Assembly: GCF_020618775.1 (NCBI RefSeq)
Contig: NZ_JAESVB010000029.1
Coordinates: forward strand, 1 to 24,000
Direction: 5' to 3'
Origin: Acidisoma silvae
GTDB taxonomy: Bacteria > Pseudomonadota > Alphaproteobacteria > Acetobacterales > Acetobacteraceae
Length of the DNA stretch: 24,000 bases
A model generated the notes under the pieces. The model was not told where the DNA came from. It worked only from the letters and a program-made list of their open reading frames with translations, and ran no database searches. Position 1 is the first letter of the stretch. Every line of letters begins with the position of its first letter. Position numbers and translations under genes: made by a program. This document shows positions 1-7,748 of this stretch, piece by piece.

Positions 1-244
1 TATCGCGTTCCTGGCGAAGAATTTCATTCTCTCGCCGAAGCCGCTTTAGCTCGGCGGCGGCATCCTCACCCGGTGGTCGCCGCTCCGGCTCATCCATCTC
101 CCGGTCCCGGCGGCGGGACAACCAGCGCGTCAGCGTCGACAAGCCGATGCCAAGATCATTCGCTATCTCCCGCCGCGTCCGGCCGCTCGTCTGGACCAAA
201 CGAACCGCCTCGTCTTCAAACTCCTGCGTAAATCGTTGCGCCAT
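1..244 (-). CDS. IS3-family transposase OrfA, N-terminal part (gene continues beyond window start)
   Basis: Minus-strand ATG at 244-242. The translation MAQRFTQEFEDEAVRLVQTSGRTRREIANDLGIGLSTLTRWLSRRRDREM...AAELKRLRRENEILRQERD has the HTH plus leucine-zipper layout typical of IS3 OrfA. The frame is open to position 1. Confidence 0.85.
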   Translation of the reverse strand, partial: MAQRFTQEFEDEAVRLVQTSGRTRREIANDLGIGLSTLTRWLSRRRDREMDEPERRPPGEDAAAELKRLRRENEILRQERD

Positions 245-298
245 GCCTGGATAACTCCTCTATGCCAGTAGGAGCCCTCCACTTTTCTGAAGCAAGTC
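1..298 (-). mobile_element. IS3-family insertion sequence, left end only (rest lies outside the window), inserted into an IS5-like element
   Basis: orfA plus about 50 bp of upstream sequence. The minus strand reads TGCTTCAGAAAAGTGGAGGG from 294, giving the TG terminus usual for IS3 ends. The exact boundary (294-298) is uncertain. It directly abuts the IS5-like terminal fragment at 299. Confidence 0.65.
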
Positions 299-337
299 CA
301 ATTACGACATGGCCAACGAAAAGTACATGACACGCTC
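299..337 (-). mobile_element. Solo 39-bp terminal fragment of an IS5-family (IS1031-like) element, cut off by the IS3 insertion
   Basis: caattacgacatggccaacgaaaagtacatgacacgctc is identical to 21891-21929, the transposase-proximal end of the IS5-family copy. Identity stops at 298/299, which corresponds to 6 nt upstream of the transposase ATG in the other copy. Confidence 0.8.
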
Positions 338-426
338 AAGTCGTCAGCAAGGGGGGCATGCTAGGGCGACGAAGACGGGGGGCGGTCGCGGTGCGGTAAG
401 TGGGCAATGGTGTCGAGAGGACTACG

Positions 427-678
427 ATGACCCAACTTGCCCTGCAAGAGGCGGCAGCCACCATTCTGGCCGCCTATCTGTCCAACCATGAGATTGGCGG
501 TGCGCAACTGCCTGCGCCGATCGTCGCTGTCGGCGAGGTTCTGGCGACGGCACAGGATGCTGTGCCGTCCCTTGAACCCGTGGTCAGGGCTCGCTGGCGG
601 CGGCCCCGGTTCCCTGTCGCGAGCGAGTTGGAGTCCCGGCGGATTGAGCATGTCGATCAGACGGGGATGCTCTGGTAG
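427..678 (+). pseudogene. Ros/MucR-family regulator remnant (N-terminal oligomerisation-domain region only; zinc-finger part absent)
   Basis: MTQLALQEAAATILAAYLSNHEIGGAQLPAPIVAVGEVLATAQ resembles the MucR N-terminus (..LTAEIVAAYVSNH.V....LP.LI..VH.AL). After about codon 55 the sequence (RARWRRPRFPV...) no longer resembles the family. No CLE.G...K.LKRHL zinc-finger motif occurs in any frame downstream. Confidence 0.45.
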
Positions 679-1394
679 GAGAAGGCTACCGAGACCCGAA
701 GCGACGAGGTGGCTGACCACCTGATCGATCAGGCGCCTGAACCCGAGCAAACTGCTACCGCTGCGATGCCGGAAGCGAGCCTCGATAAGAAGCGCGACAC
801 AAATTAGGTGAATGACGCCGCTGTGCCGGTTGGAACAATCACTCGCCTTCCCGAAGTCCGACGGGGCCGTCGGCGGCTCAGGTCGCAAGTCGCCTGGCGA
901 GGTGAAGAGGTCAGGACGGTCGTTGCTGCAAGGCCGGCGGGAGGGCGAGATTGCGTGACCGAGAGCGTATGACTGTTAGGGTGCACGAGGCTCCGTAAGC
1001 TCAGTGAAGACGTGACTCGTATGCTTGAGGGGATTCCTCAGCAGTCGAAGGTTATCGATACGGTCCGAAAGACATTCACCTATCAGGACAGCGAGACGAT
1101 TGGCCAGGCACCGACGCCCTTGCATGCCATTCCGCGAGTTTGGGTCCGTCCAAGCCTCTTGGCCATGATCGTGAGCCACGCCGAATTAATGCGAGAAAAC
1201 ATCAATTCAACATAAGCCGATTAATATGAGGAATCAATAAAGTGAGTTTTTGTTCTAATAGATCTAGTTCTTCGGGGCGAAGTTGCCCAAAAGTATTGAT
1301 ATAAAACCAAAAAAAGATTAGAAATACGATCTGTTTATAAAATAAATTGACGAAGGCGAGGTAAAGTTCATACATCTAATTGAGTAGAAATTTT

Positions 1395-1453
1395 GCCGCG
1401 ACATGTGTCGACGGCCTGAATCGGCAAACCGATTCCAGACGTTACTGAGTAAC
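1395..1453 (+). promoter_or_regulatory. Cluster of three palindromes in the leader of the pilus operon (possible operator sites or 5'-UTR hairpins)
   Basis: The three elements are GCCGCGACA-TG-TGTCGaCGGC (1395-1415, one bulge), GAATCGG-caaa-CCGATTC (1418-1435, perfect 7-4-7) and GTTACT-g-AGTAAC (1441-1453, perfect 6-1-6). They end 14 nt before the ATG at 1467 and lie just upstream of a GGGGA Shine-Dalgarno-like sequence. Their function is not shown. Confidence 0.3.
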
Positions 1454-1466
1454 AACGGGGATTTAT

Positions 1467-1967
1467 ATGGATCTCGATAGGCGTCATCTCGCGGTAGCGA
1501 CTGCCTTCTTCCTGTCTGCCGCATGCCTTTTCTTTTCCGCAACGGGGGCATCGGCAGCAACGGCAACCTCGTCATTCACGGTGACTGCCACTGTCGCCTC
1601 CACATGCACAGTCGGCGCGACGAACATGTCTTTCGGTCCGTATGTCCCGACTACGGCATCCAATGCGACTTCGACCATCACCGCGACCTGCACATCTTTG
1701 GTGACACCCAGCATTTCGCTCAGCCTGGGCAATGCGACGGCAACACCGCGCTATATGGCAAGCACGGCAACGCCCGCTAACCATCTGCAATATGCGCTTT
1801 ACCAGGATTCCGGCATGAACACGCCCTGGGCTTCGAACGCGACTCAATCCGTTACGATGGTAGGATCCACTGGAACATTGACCGTTTATGGCCAGATTCC
1901 CGCGGCACAGTATGTGCCAGCCGCGACAGATTATACTGACACGATCAATGTCACATTGACATATTGA
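1467..1967 (+). CDS. Spore-coat-U (SCPU) domain pilin, probable major subunit of an archaic (Csu-type) chaperone-usher pilus
   Basis: Signal peptide (..AACLFFSATGASA). SCPU hallmarks are present: FTVTATVASTCTV..MSFG, a second Cys (TATCTS), LQYALYQD, and the C-terminal YTDTINVTLTY. It is the first gene of a subunit-subunit-chaperone-usher-subunit operon. Confidence 0.9.
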   Translation: MDLDRRHLAVATAFFLSAACLFFSATGASAATATSSFTVTATVASTCTVGATNMSFGPYVPTTASNATSTITATCTSLVTPSISLSLGNATATPRYMASTATPANHLQYALYQDSGMNTPWASNATQSVTMVGSTGTLTVYGQIPAAQYVPAATDYTDTINVTLTY

Positions 1968-2015
1968 GGGCAGGCCACTTTGCTGAGGACGCCGTAATGT
2001 AAGGAAGGCCAGCCT

Positions 2016-2456
2016 GTGATAAAGGTAATATCGCAGCGCGTGAGAATTTCCTTGGCGTGTTTCGCAATGGGATTAGCCTGCGTGCACACTGTCGCAGGCG
2101 CAAATTTGTCGGTCACGCAGTTTAAAGTTTCCGCACGGGTCGACGGCGTTTGCACGGTGAGTGTGGATTGGCTTGTGGGCGTACTAGATGATGCAAATGT
2201 CTCGACCTGCGCGGATGGAACGCCGGTCCAGTTATTTGTGTCGCGCGCCACAGCATTCAGTAGACCGCAGATAAAGAAAACGTCATTGGGCGGCGGAAAA
2301 TTCGTACCTGACGGAGGGGTGGAATCTTGCGGCCAAGAAACCAGCTCATCTTTAAGAGACAACGCAGAAAACGGCTTGGCTTCCAAGATTCTTGATGTGC
2401 CACAAGGATTAATCGGCAATGGGCCGAGCCTGACTGTCGTGTCGGCCTGTTTCTAA
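2016..2456 (+). CDS. Secreted hypothetical protein, divergent SCPU-like minor pilus subunit
   Basis: GTG start 7 nt after AAGGAAGG. Signal peptide (LACFAMGLACVHTVAGA). The N-terminal strand FKVSARVDGVCTVSV resembles the SCPU first strand. There are four Cys in the mature part. It lacks the canonical YtDt.tvtv.Y C-terminus and ends LTVVSACF. Confidence 0.6.
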   Translation: MIKVISQRVRISLACFAMGLACVHTVAGANLSVTQFKVSARVDGVCTVSVDWLVGVLDDANVSTCADGTPVQLFVSRATAFSRPQIKKTSLGGGKFVPDGGVESCGQETSSSLRDNAENGLASKILDVPQGLIGNGPSLTVVSACF

Positions 2457-2471
2457 ATTTCGGGATGGATC

Positions 2472-3209
2472 ATGAATCGCCGCAATTTGATCTTAGCGAC
2501 GGCTGGCCTTTTGGCAAGTTCGCGAAACGCGTTCGCCCAAAAAGGTCAGCAGGGTCAGGATGTCCAGATTTCTCCGACCATGCTGGCATTAGGCGGCGTT
2601 GGGGATACAGCTATCTGCACGATCTTCAATAACGGAACCCAGCCGACAAGTTCTCAAATAAGAATTAAATCCTGGCAGCAGAATTCAGGTCAAGACGTGC
2701 TGAGTGATACGAGCGACATCGTCGCCAGCCCACCATTTATGACGGTTCAGCCGAACCAGCGGCAGGTTGTACGTGTCGCCAATCTTTCGGCGACGCCGGG
2801 AGCGACGGAAAGTGCTTATCGCGTGCTCCTTAATCAGTTGCCGTCACCTGGCTCACTCACCGGCAACGGCGTACAGATTTTGCTGGCCTTCAGCGTACCC
2901 CTATTCATAGCAGGTGCGGATGCGGCGCCCCCGTTGTTGCAGGCGCAGTTCGTGCGTGGTGCAGGTGGAGTCATCCTGAGAGTGCAAAATAGCGGCGATG
3001 TGCACATCCGTCTTGCCGATGTTGCCTATCATACGCGGGGTGGGGCGACCGTCATGAGGCTCCCTGGCTTGGTAGGTTATGTTCTTGCCCGGTCAACAAA
3101 AGACTTAGACACTAAATTGAGCAACGCGCCGCCGGTGGGTGGGCATTTCACTATCAGTTACAATGGCGTGGAAAAGCCTCTGCCCGTGACATTAGTGCCC
3201 GGTAACTGA
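2472..3209 (+). CDS. Periplasmic pilus chaperone (PapD-like, CsuC-type)
   Basis: Signal peptide MNRRNLILATAGLLASSRNAFA. The size (245 aa) fits a two-Ig-domain protein. QRQVVRVANL and YRVLLNQLP resemble PapD-like chaperone motifs. It sits directly upstream of the usher. Confidence 0.85.
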   Translation: MNRRNLILATAGLLASSRNAFAQKGQQGQDVQISPTMLALGGVGDTAICTIFNNGTQPTSSQIRIKSWQQNSGQDVLSDTSDIVASPPFMTVQPNQRQVVRVANLSATPGATESAYRVLLNQLPSPGSLTGNGVQILLAFSVPLFIAGADAAPPLLQAQFVRGAGGVILRVQNSGDVHIRLADVAYHTRGGATVMRLPGLVGYVLARSTKDLDTKLSNAPPVGGHFTISYNGVEKPLPVTLVPGN

Positions 3210-3256
3210 CAGGCAAATGACGAGACCTGCCGCGCGCTTGGGCGCGCGGTTAGGCT

Positions 3257-5743
3257 ATGATCGACAGCAAGGTGTTGGCCATTCCGCGCAGGCCTCCTAT
3301 TATTTCGCCGGTTAGCCGCACAGGCCTGATCCGATGCCTGTCTTGCCTGTTGGTTGCTGGCTGGTTGATCATTCAGGCCCACGGCGGTGTGGTATTGGCT
3401 CAAGCAGCCCAGTCAGATCAGGCCCCCTTATATCTGCAGCCAGTGATCGATGGACGCAGTGTTAATGGATTCCTGCCGGTGACGGCAGAGTCGGGCGGTT
3501 TGTTAATTAAGAGTTCTGATATGGAGAAACTCGGCATATCAAGCCGAATTGGCAAACCGGCAGGGCCGGGATACCGGCTTGTCCCGACGTCCGGCCAGGC
3601 AAGTGCTGCGATCAATATGGCCGATCAAACGGTCGTCTTTCACATTCCTCAGGCTTTGATCTTGCCCAATATCACCAATCTCGGCGCTGGCTCCGCTATA
3701 CAGGCGCCGCAAAGCAATGCTACCGGTGCCTATTTCAATTACAATTTAGGGGTAACCACGCCCTTTTCGAACGGCAATGGTCAAAGCGTCGCCTCGCTTT
3801 TGGGCAATGTGAACAGTGTCTTGTTCTCGCCTTGGGGAATGCTGCTGTCGCAGACAGGTATTCAGCTTCCCGCCATTCCCGGCAGCGACCAGCCGGCTGT
3901 GTCCCGTTTATCGACGACCTATGAATATGACGATGTCACAGTGCCGCGTGCTGTCCGCTTGGGCGATATCATTACCACGCCGCCCGGCTGGGCGCGCAGC
4001 AATCTCATGGGGGGATTCCAGATCGCGAGTGACTATAGTCTTCTTCAGCCTCAGACAACGATTTTTCCGACGCCGCAGATCGGCAGCAACCTGTCTGTGC
4101 CTTCTGCCGTGTCCCTGCTCGTCAATAATTCGCGGGCCTATAACGGCAATCTGGAAGCGGGCCCCTATGCGCTGGTGGGCATTCCTGTTCTGACCGGACT
4201 CAATAGCATTACCGTGCAGACTCGCAGCCCCAGTGGTCAGGTCACATCGCAGAGCGTTCCCTTCTATGTTAGCCCGACAATGTTGAAGGCAGGGCTTTTC
4301 ACCTATGAGGCATCGCTCGGCTATCTGCGGCAAAATTACGGAACCTTACAAGACGGCTATAGTAACCCTGCGACCGACGATACGTTGAACTATGGCATTT
4401 CGGACGATTATACCGGAACGCTACATATGGAGGCATCGGCCACCCTGGCCTTGCTGGGTGCGACGCTGGAAACGTCCGGCCTGTTCGGCGATCTTTCCGT
4501 CTCAACGGCCGGTAGCATCCACAAGGGCGCCTTGGGTACGCTTGTCTCGGTCAACTATACGCGCACCGGAAACACGCTCAGCCTTGCCGCAGGAGCAACT
4601 GTAGCGGGACCTGGTTACTATGATCTGGCGGCGGAAAACGGTGCACCTTTTCCACGACTTAATTGGTATGTCTCGACCGGTCTGTCGCTGCCTTTTCATA
4701 TTGGCACTCTGAGCGCCGCTTATACCGAGCAGATTTCGACACCCACGGCCTACACGCCAACGACGGATTACAATGCCGGGCGCTATTCGCTTTATAACCA
4801 GCAACAGACCGGTCTGGCAGGCAATAGCCGGTTTCTCATCCTGACTTATAGCCGCACCTTTCTGTCGGATTGGTCGCTCAACGTCTCCGCCTTCGCAGGA
4901 CAAAGCGAGACGAATTCCGAAACCAGCAACTCAAACGGCATCAATCTCAGCCTCAATTTCCCGCTTGGCCATACGCCCCGTGGCAGCCTGACCTTTGGTG
5001 CCGGCAGCAATATGGGGCCGCAATATGGTCAGGTCTTCTCGGCATTGCCGAGCACGCAATACGGATACGGCGGCCAGGTTCAGAACCAGTTCGGCAATAA
5101 TGGCTCAAGCTACGGTCTCTTCCAGGCCAATACCCATGTGGCCGATTTTGCCACGACCCTCAGCCGCTTCGACAATCAGGAATCCGGCCAGCTGATTGCC
5201 AATGGCACGATCGCTGCCTTCGACGGATTGCACTTCAGCTCGCCCACGCGATCGGCGTTCGCGGTGGTCGATGTCGGCTTTCCCAATGTGCCAGTCTCTT
5301 TGTCGAACCAACCAGTCGCGAAGACTGGAAAGAATGGAAAGGTCTTCGTGCCCGGGTTGACATCGAACTATCCCAATCTCGTATCGATCGATCCTGCGGA
5401 TCTGCCGCTCTCGGCCAATATCAAGACGAGTTCTATCACGGTCGTACCACCGCTGTACGGCGGCGTCGTGGCGCGCTTTCCAAGTAAACCGATCACGGAT
5501 GTGCTGATCCGCATCACGAATGCGGACGGCAGCGTGCCGGCGGCGGGGTCACTCATTTACCTGACAGGGTCGGACCAGCCCGCGACCGTGGTGGGCTATG
5601 ACGGTGAGGCGATGATCACGAATGCGCCGAAGCAACTGACTGGATATGTCGTCTCTGCCAAGGGGAAATGCGCACTTTCCGCGAGGCTGTCGGTCACGAC
5701 GGCTCATTACTTGAAGGGTCAATCAGTCAAATGCGTACCCTGA
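3257..5743 (+). CDS. Outer-membrane fimbrial usher (CsuD-type)
   Basis: 828-aa beta-rich protein with an N-terminal signal region (LLVAGWLIIQAHGGVVLAQA). The composition is Gly/Ser/Thr/Asn/Tyr-rich and barrel-like, with RLGDIITTPPGW and usher-like N-terminal (LYLQPVIDGRSVNG) and C-terminal domains. The stop overlaps the next subunit gene. Confidence 0.9.
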   Translation: MIDSKVLAIPRRPPIISPVSRTGLIRCLSCLLVAGWLIIQAHGGVVLAQAAQSDQAPLYLQPVIDGRSVNGFLPVTAESGGLLIKSSDMEKLGISSRIGKPAGPGYRLVPTSGQASAAINMADQTVVFHIPQALILPNITNLGAGSAIQAPQSNATGAYFNYNLGVTTPFSNGNGQSVASLLGNVNSVLFSPWGMLLSQTGIQLPAIPGSDQPAVSRLSTTYEYDDVTVPRAVRLGDIITTPPGWARSNLMGGFQIASDYSLLQPQTTIFPTPQIGSNLSVPSAVSLLVNNSRAYNGNLEAGPYALVGIPVLTGLNSITVQTRSPSGQVTSQSVPFYVSPTMLKAGLFTYEASLGYLRQNYGTLQDGYSNPATDDTLNYGISDDYTGTLHMEASATLALLGATLETSGLFGDLSVSTAGSIHKGALGTLVSVNYTRTGNTLSLAAGATVAGPGYYDLAAENGAPFPRLNWYVSTGLSLPFHIGTLSAAYTEQISTPTAYTPTTDYNAGRYSLYNQQQTGLAGNSRFLILTYSRTFLSDWSLNVSAFAGQSETNSETSNSNGINLSLNFPLGHTPRGSLTFGAGSNMGPQYGQVFSALPSTQYGYGGQVQNQFGNNGSSYGLFQANTHVADFATTLSRFDNQESGQLIANGTIAAFDGLHFSSPTRSAFAVVDVGFPNVPVSLSNQPVAKTGKNGKVFVPGLTSNYPNLVSIDPADLPLSANIKTSSITVVPPLYGGVVARFPSKPITDVLIRITNADGSVPAAGSLIYLTGSDQPATVVGYDGEAMITNAPKQLTGYVVSAKGKCALSARLSVTTAHYLKGQSVKCVP

Positions 5744-6249
5744 CAATTATTTTGAGTGTCGCGGGGGTGCTTCTTGTGATGCTGCCGAGACCCAGCCAAG
5801 CTGTGCTTATCTGCGACGGCGGCAGTGTTCTTGGCCTGCCTAGCGGAGCACCGGCTGTGACAGCGACTCCGATGGTTTTCGGCGCTTATATGGCCTCTTT
5901 GGGGACTCCGACGACAATTACGAATACCATTACGGTCGCCTGTGTCGGTGCGGCTTTGAATCTGCTGCCGTATTTGCCGGCTTTCACGATCACACTCAGC
6001 GCGGGAAGTTCCAGCAGTTTCTCTCCACGCAAATTTACAGGCCCCTCGACAGCGCTTTCCTACAACATTTATACGACCGCGGCGATGACCGCCGTCTGGG
6101 GCAATGGCACTGGGGGCAGCGTTACCCAGGCGGGCGGCAACAACCTTTTCGCATCCCAGACTTTTACCGGCTATGGCTCCATCCCAAAGGGACAGTGGGT
6201 CAAGGCCGGTAGCTACACGGATACGATCACGATAACGGTCACTTATTGA
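5731..6249 (+). CDS. SCPU-domain pilus subunit (distal gene, possible tip or minor subunit)
   Basis: The ATG at 5731 overlaps the usher stop (5741-5743). Signal peptide MRTLTIILSVAGVLLVMLPRPSQA. SCPU features are present: MVFGAY, VACVG, LSYNIY and the C-terminal SYTDTITITVTY. The longer ORF-track start (5668) lies inside the usher gene. Confidence 0.85.
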   Translation: MRTLTIILSVAGVLLVMLPRPSQAVLICDGGSVLGLPSGAPAVTATPMVFGAYMASLGTPTTITNTITVACVGAALNLLPYLPAFTITLSAGSSSSFSPRKFTGPSTALSYNIYTTAAMTAVWGNGTGGSVTQAGGNNLFASQTFTGYGSIPKGQWVKAGSYTDTITITVTY

Positions 6250-6665
6250 AAATGAGCGTGGTGGTCAAAACCAAGCGCTACAAGCGAACTGTTCAGGGCA
6301 ATTCCGATTTGGCGTATCAGTACAGCGTCGACGCCTAGGATGCACGCGCCATTGTTGGCCGCAATTCCCATAAGCAGTCTACATTGCGACTTGATTGCGG
6401 CCTGTCACTAGGAAGCCCTTTCTGAGAAGCTTTTTCCGAAAACCTTTACCTATGAGCGATATTTAAACGTCTAAGTTCCTTGTTATAATAAAAAGCGATC
6501 AACCTAGCTCTTAATCGATAATCTCCACACGAATTACGACATTTTCCCAAATGCAGAATTGTTTCGCCGGAATGCGGAATCTTTCTTACAAAGTAAGGAA
6601 GAGTCCCTTCGAGGAATGCTGACAGCAGTTTTCGAAGCTCACGGTCACTGCGGCGTGATACTAGG

Positions 6666-7748
6666 CTAGCCGCCGCCCTTCATCAAAACCTTGATGGAGT
6701 CGAGTGAGTTCGCGAGCTTGATGGCCTCGTCCCAATCCGCGAAGGCAAAGTCATGCGTGACGATTCCTTTGGACGTTACCAGGCCGCGCGACAGCAGATC
6801 GATTGCGATTGGATAGCAGTACGGGCCCAGATGGGAGCCACGAATATCGAGTTCCTTGCGGTCACCGATGATCGACCAATCGACCGTCGTCTCCTTGCCG
6901 AAGACCGAGAACTCAACAAAACGGCCAAGCTTACGGACGAGAGACAGGCCCTGCACGACTCCGGAGGGTGATCCAGTGGCCTCGATATAGACGTCGCACC
7001 CGTAGCCGTCGGTCGCATCCTGCACGATCTTCAGCGCGTCCGCCTCGGCCGGGTTGATCGTGATGTCGGCGCCGAAACCGCGCGCCAGCGCCAGCCGCTC
7101 CGGCACCATGTCGATGACGATCAGCTTCTTCGGCGTCTTCAATTTCGCTACCTGCACCATCATCAGCCCGATCGGGCCGGCGCCGGCGATGACGACGACA
7201 TCGCTGAGCTGAATATCGCCGCGCTGCACGGTGTGAATGGCGCAGGCCATCGGCTCAATGATTGCCGCATCCTCAAGCGAAAGTTCAGGTGGAATGACAT
7301 GCACGCGGGCGGTGCGCGGGATCAGCATATAATCTGACATGCCGCCATCTGCGACATCGCGCTGGAAGCCGAAGATATTATGGACCTCACACATCCAGTA
7401 GGAACCGCTACGGCAGTAGCGGCAGCGGTCGCACGGAACGATCTGTTCAGCGATGACGCGGTCTCCTGCCTTTAATCCGAAATGGCTGGCGGCATCCGCT
7501 CCCATCTCGTCGACGACGCCGAAGAATTCATGCCCTGGTACGACGGGCGGTTTCACGTAAGGGTTGTCGCCACCCCAGAACATCTTCGCACCCGACCAGC
7601 ATTTGCAATCACTGGCGCAGATGCCGCAGGCAGTGATGCGGATAACCACCTCGCCCGGACCGGGCGAGGGCCTGTCTTTTTCCTCCACCCGGTAATCTTC
7701 AGGACCATAGCAGACGATGGCGGTCATGCGATTGTTCGGCAGGCTCAT
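6666..7748 (-). CDS. Zn-dependent MDR-family polyol dehydrogenase (sorbitol / erythritol-threitol dehydrogenase-like)
   Basis: Catalytic Zn motifs are CGICASD and PGHEF. The structural Zn cluster is CDRCRYCRSGSYWMC. The Rossmann motif is IAGAGPIGL. The start overlaps the upstream ATPase stop (ATGA at 7745-7748). Substrate is inferred only from context. Confidence 0.9.
   Translation of the reverse strand: MSLPNNRMTAIVCYGPEDYRVEEKDRPSPGPGEVVIRITACGICASDCKCWSGAKMFWGGDNPYVKPPVVPGHEFFGVVDEMGADAASHFGLKAGDRVIAEQIVPCDRCRYCRSGSYWMCEVHNIFGFQRDVADGGMSDYMLIPRTARVHVIPPELSLEDAAIIEPMACAIHTVQRGDIQLSDVVVIAGAGPIGLMMVQVAKLKTPKKLIVIDMVPERLALARGFGADITINPAEADALKIVQDATDGYGCDVYIEATGSPSGVVQGLSLVRKLGRFVEFSVFGKETTVDWSIIGDRKELDIRGSHLGPYCYPIAIDLLSRGLVTSKGIVTHDFAFADWDEAIKLANSLDSIKVLMKGGG

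Noticed and set aside
309-491. ORFs beginning or ending with MANEKYMTR (309-491 and 21751-21936) that could look like a conserved small protein
   Set aside because: The shared peptide is simply the translation of the 39-bp IS terminal repeat. The sequences diverge immediately outside the repeat.
361-888. 175-aa minus-strand ORF across the degenerate left region
   Set aside because: The composition is Arg/Pro/Ser-rich with no recognisable motif. It overlaps the MucR-like frame on the opposite strand and has no RBS or operon context.
976-1215. Overlapping 67-aa ORFs on both strands (1012-1215 + and 976-1179 -)
   Set aside because: Neither has a recognisable domain, signal or convincing RBS. 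They lie in what looks like decayed DNA, so I cannot support either as a gene.
1467-6249. Many N-x-S/T sequons in the pilin, other subunits and usher (possible N-glycosylation link to the glycosyltransferase cluster)
   Set aside because: The proteins are strongly enriched in Asn, Ser and Thr, so sequons are expected by composition. No D/E-x-N-x-S/T bias and no oligosaccharyltransferase gene is present.
6531-6541. 11-nt match (aattacgacat) to the IS5-like terminal repeat in the AT-rich gap after the pilus operon, possibly a third IS end
   Set aside because: The match does not extend on either side. A single 11-mer hit from a 39-bp query in 48 kb of two-strand sequence is within chance expectation.
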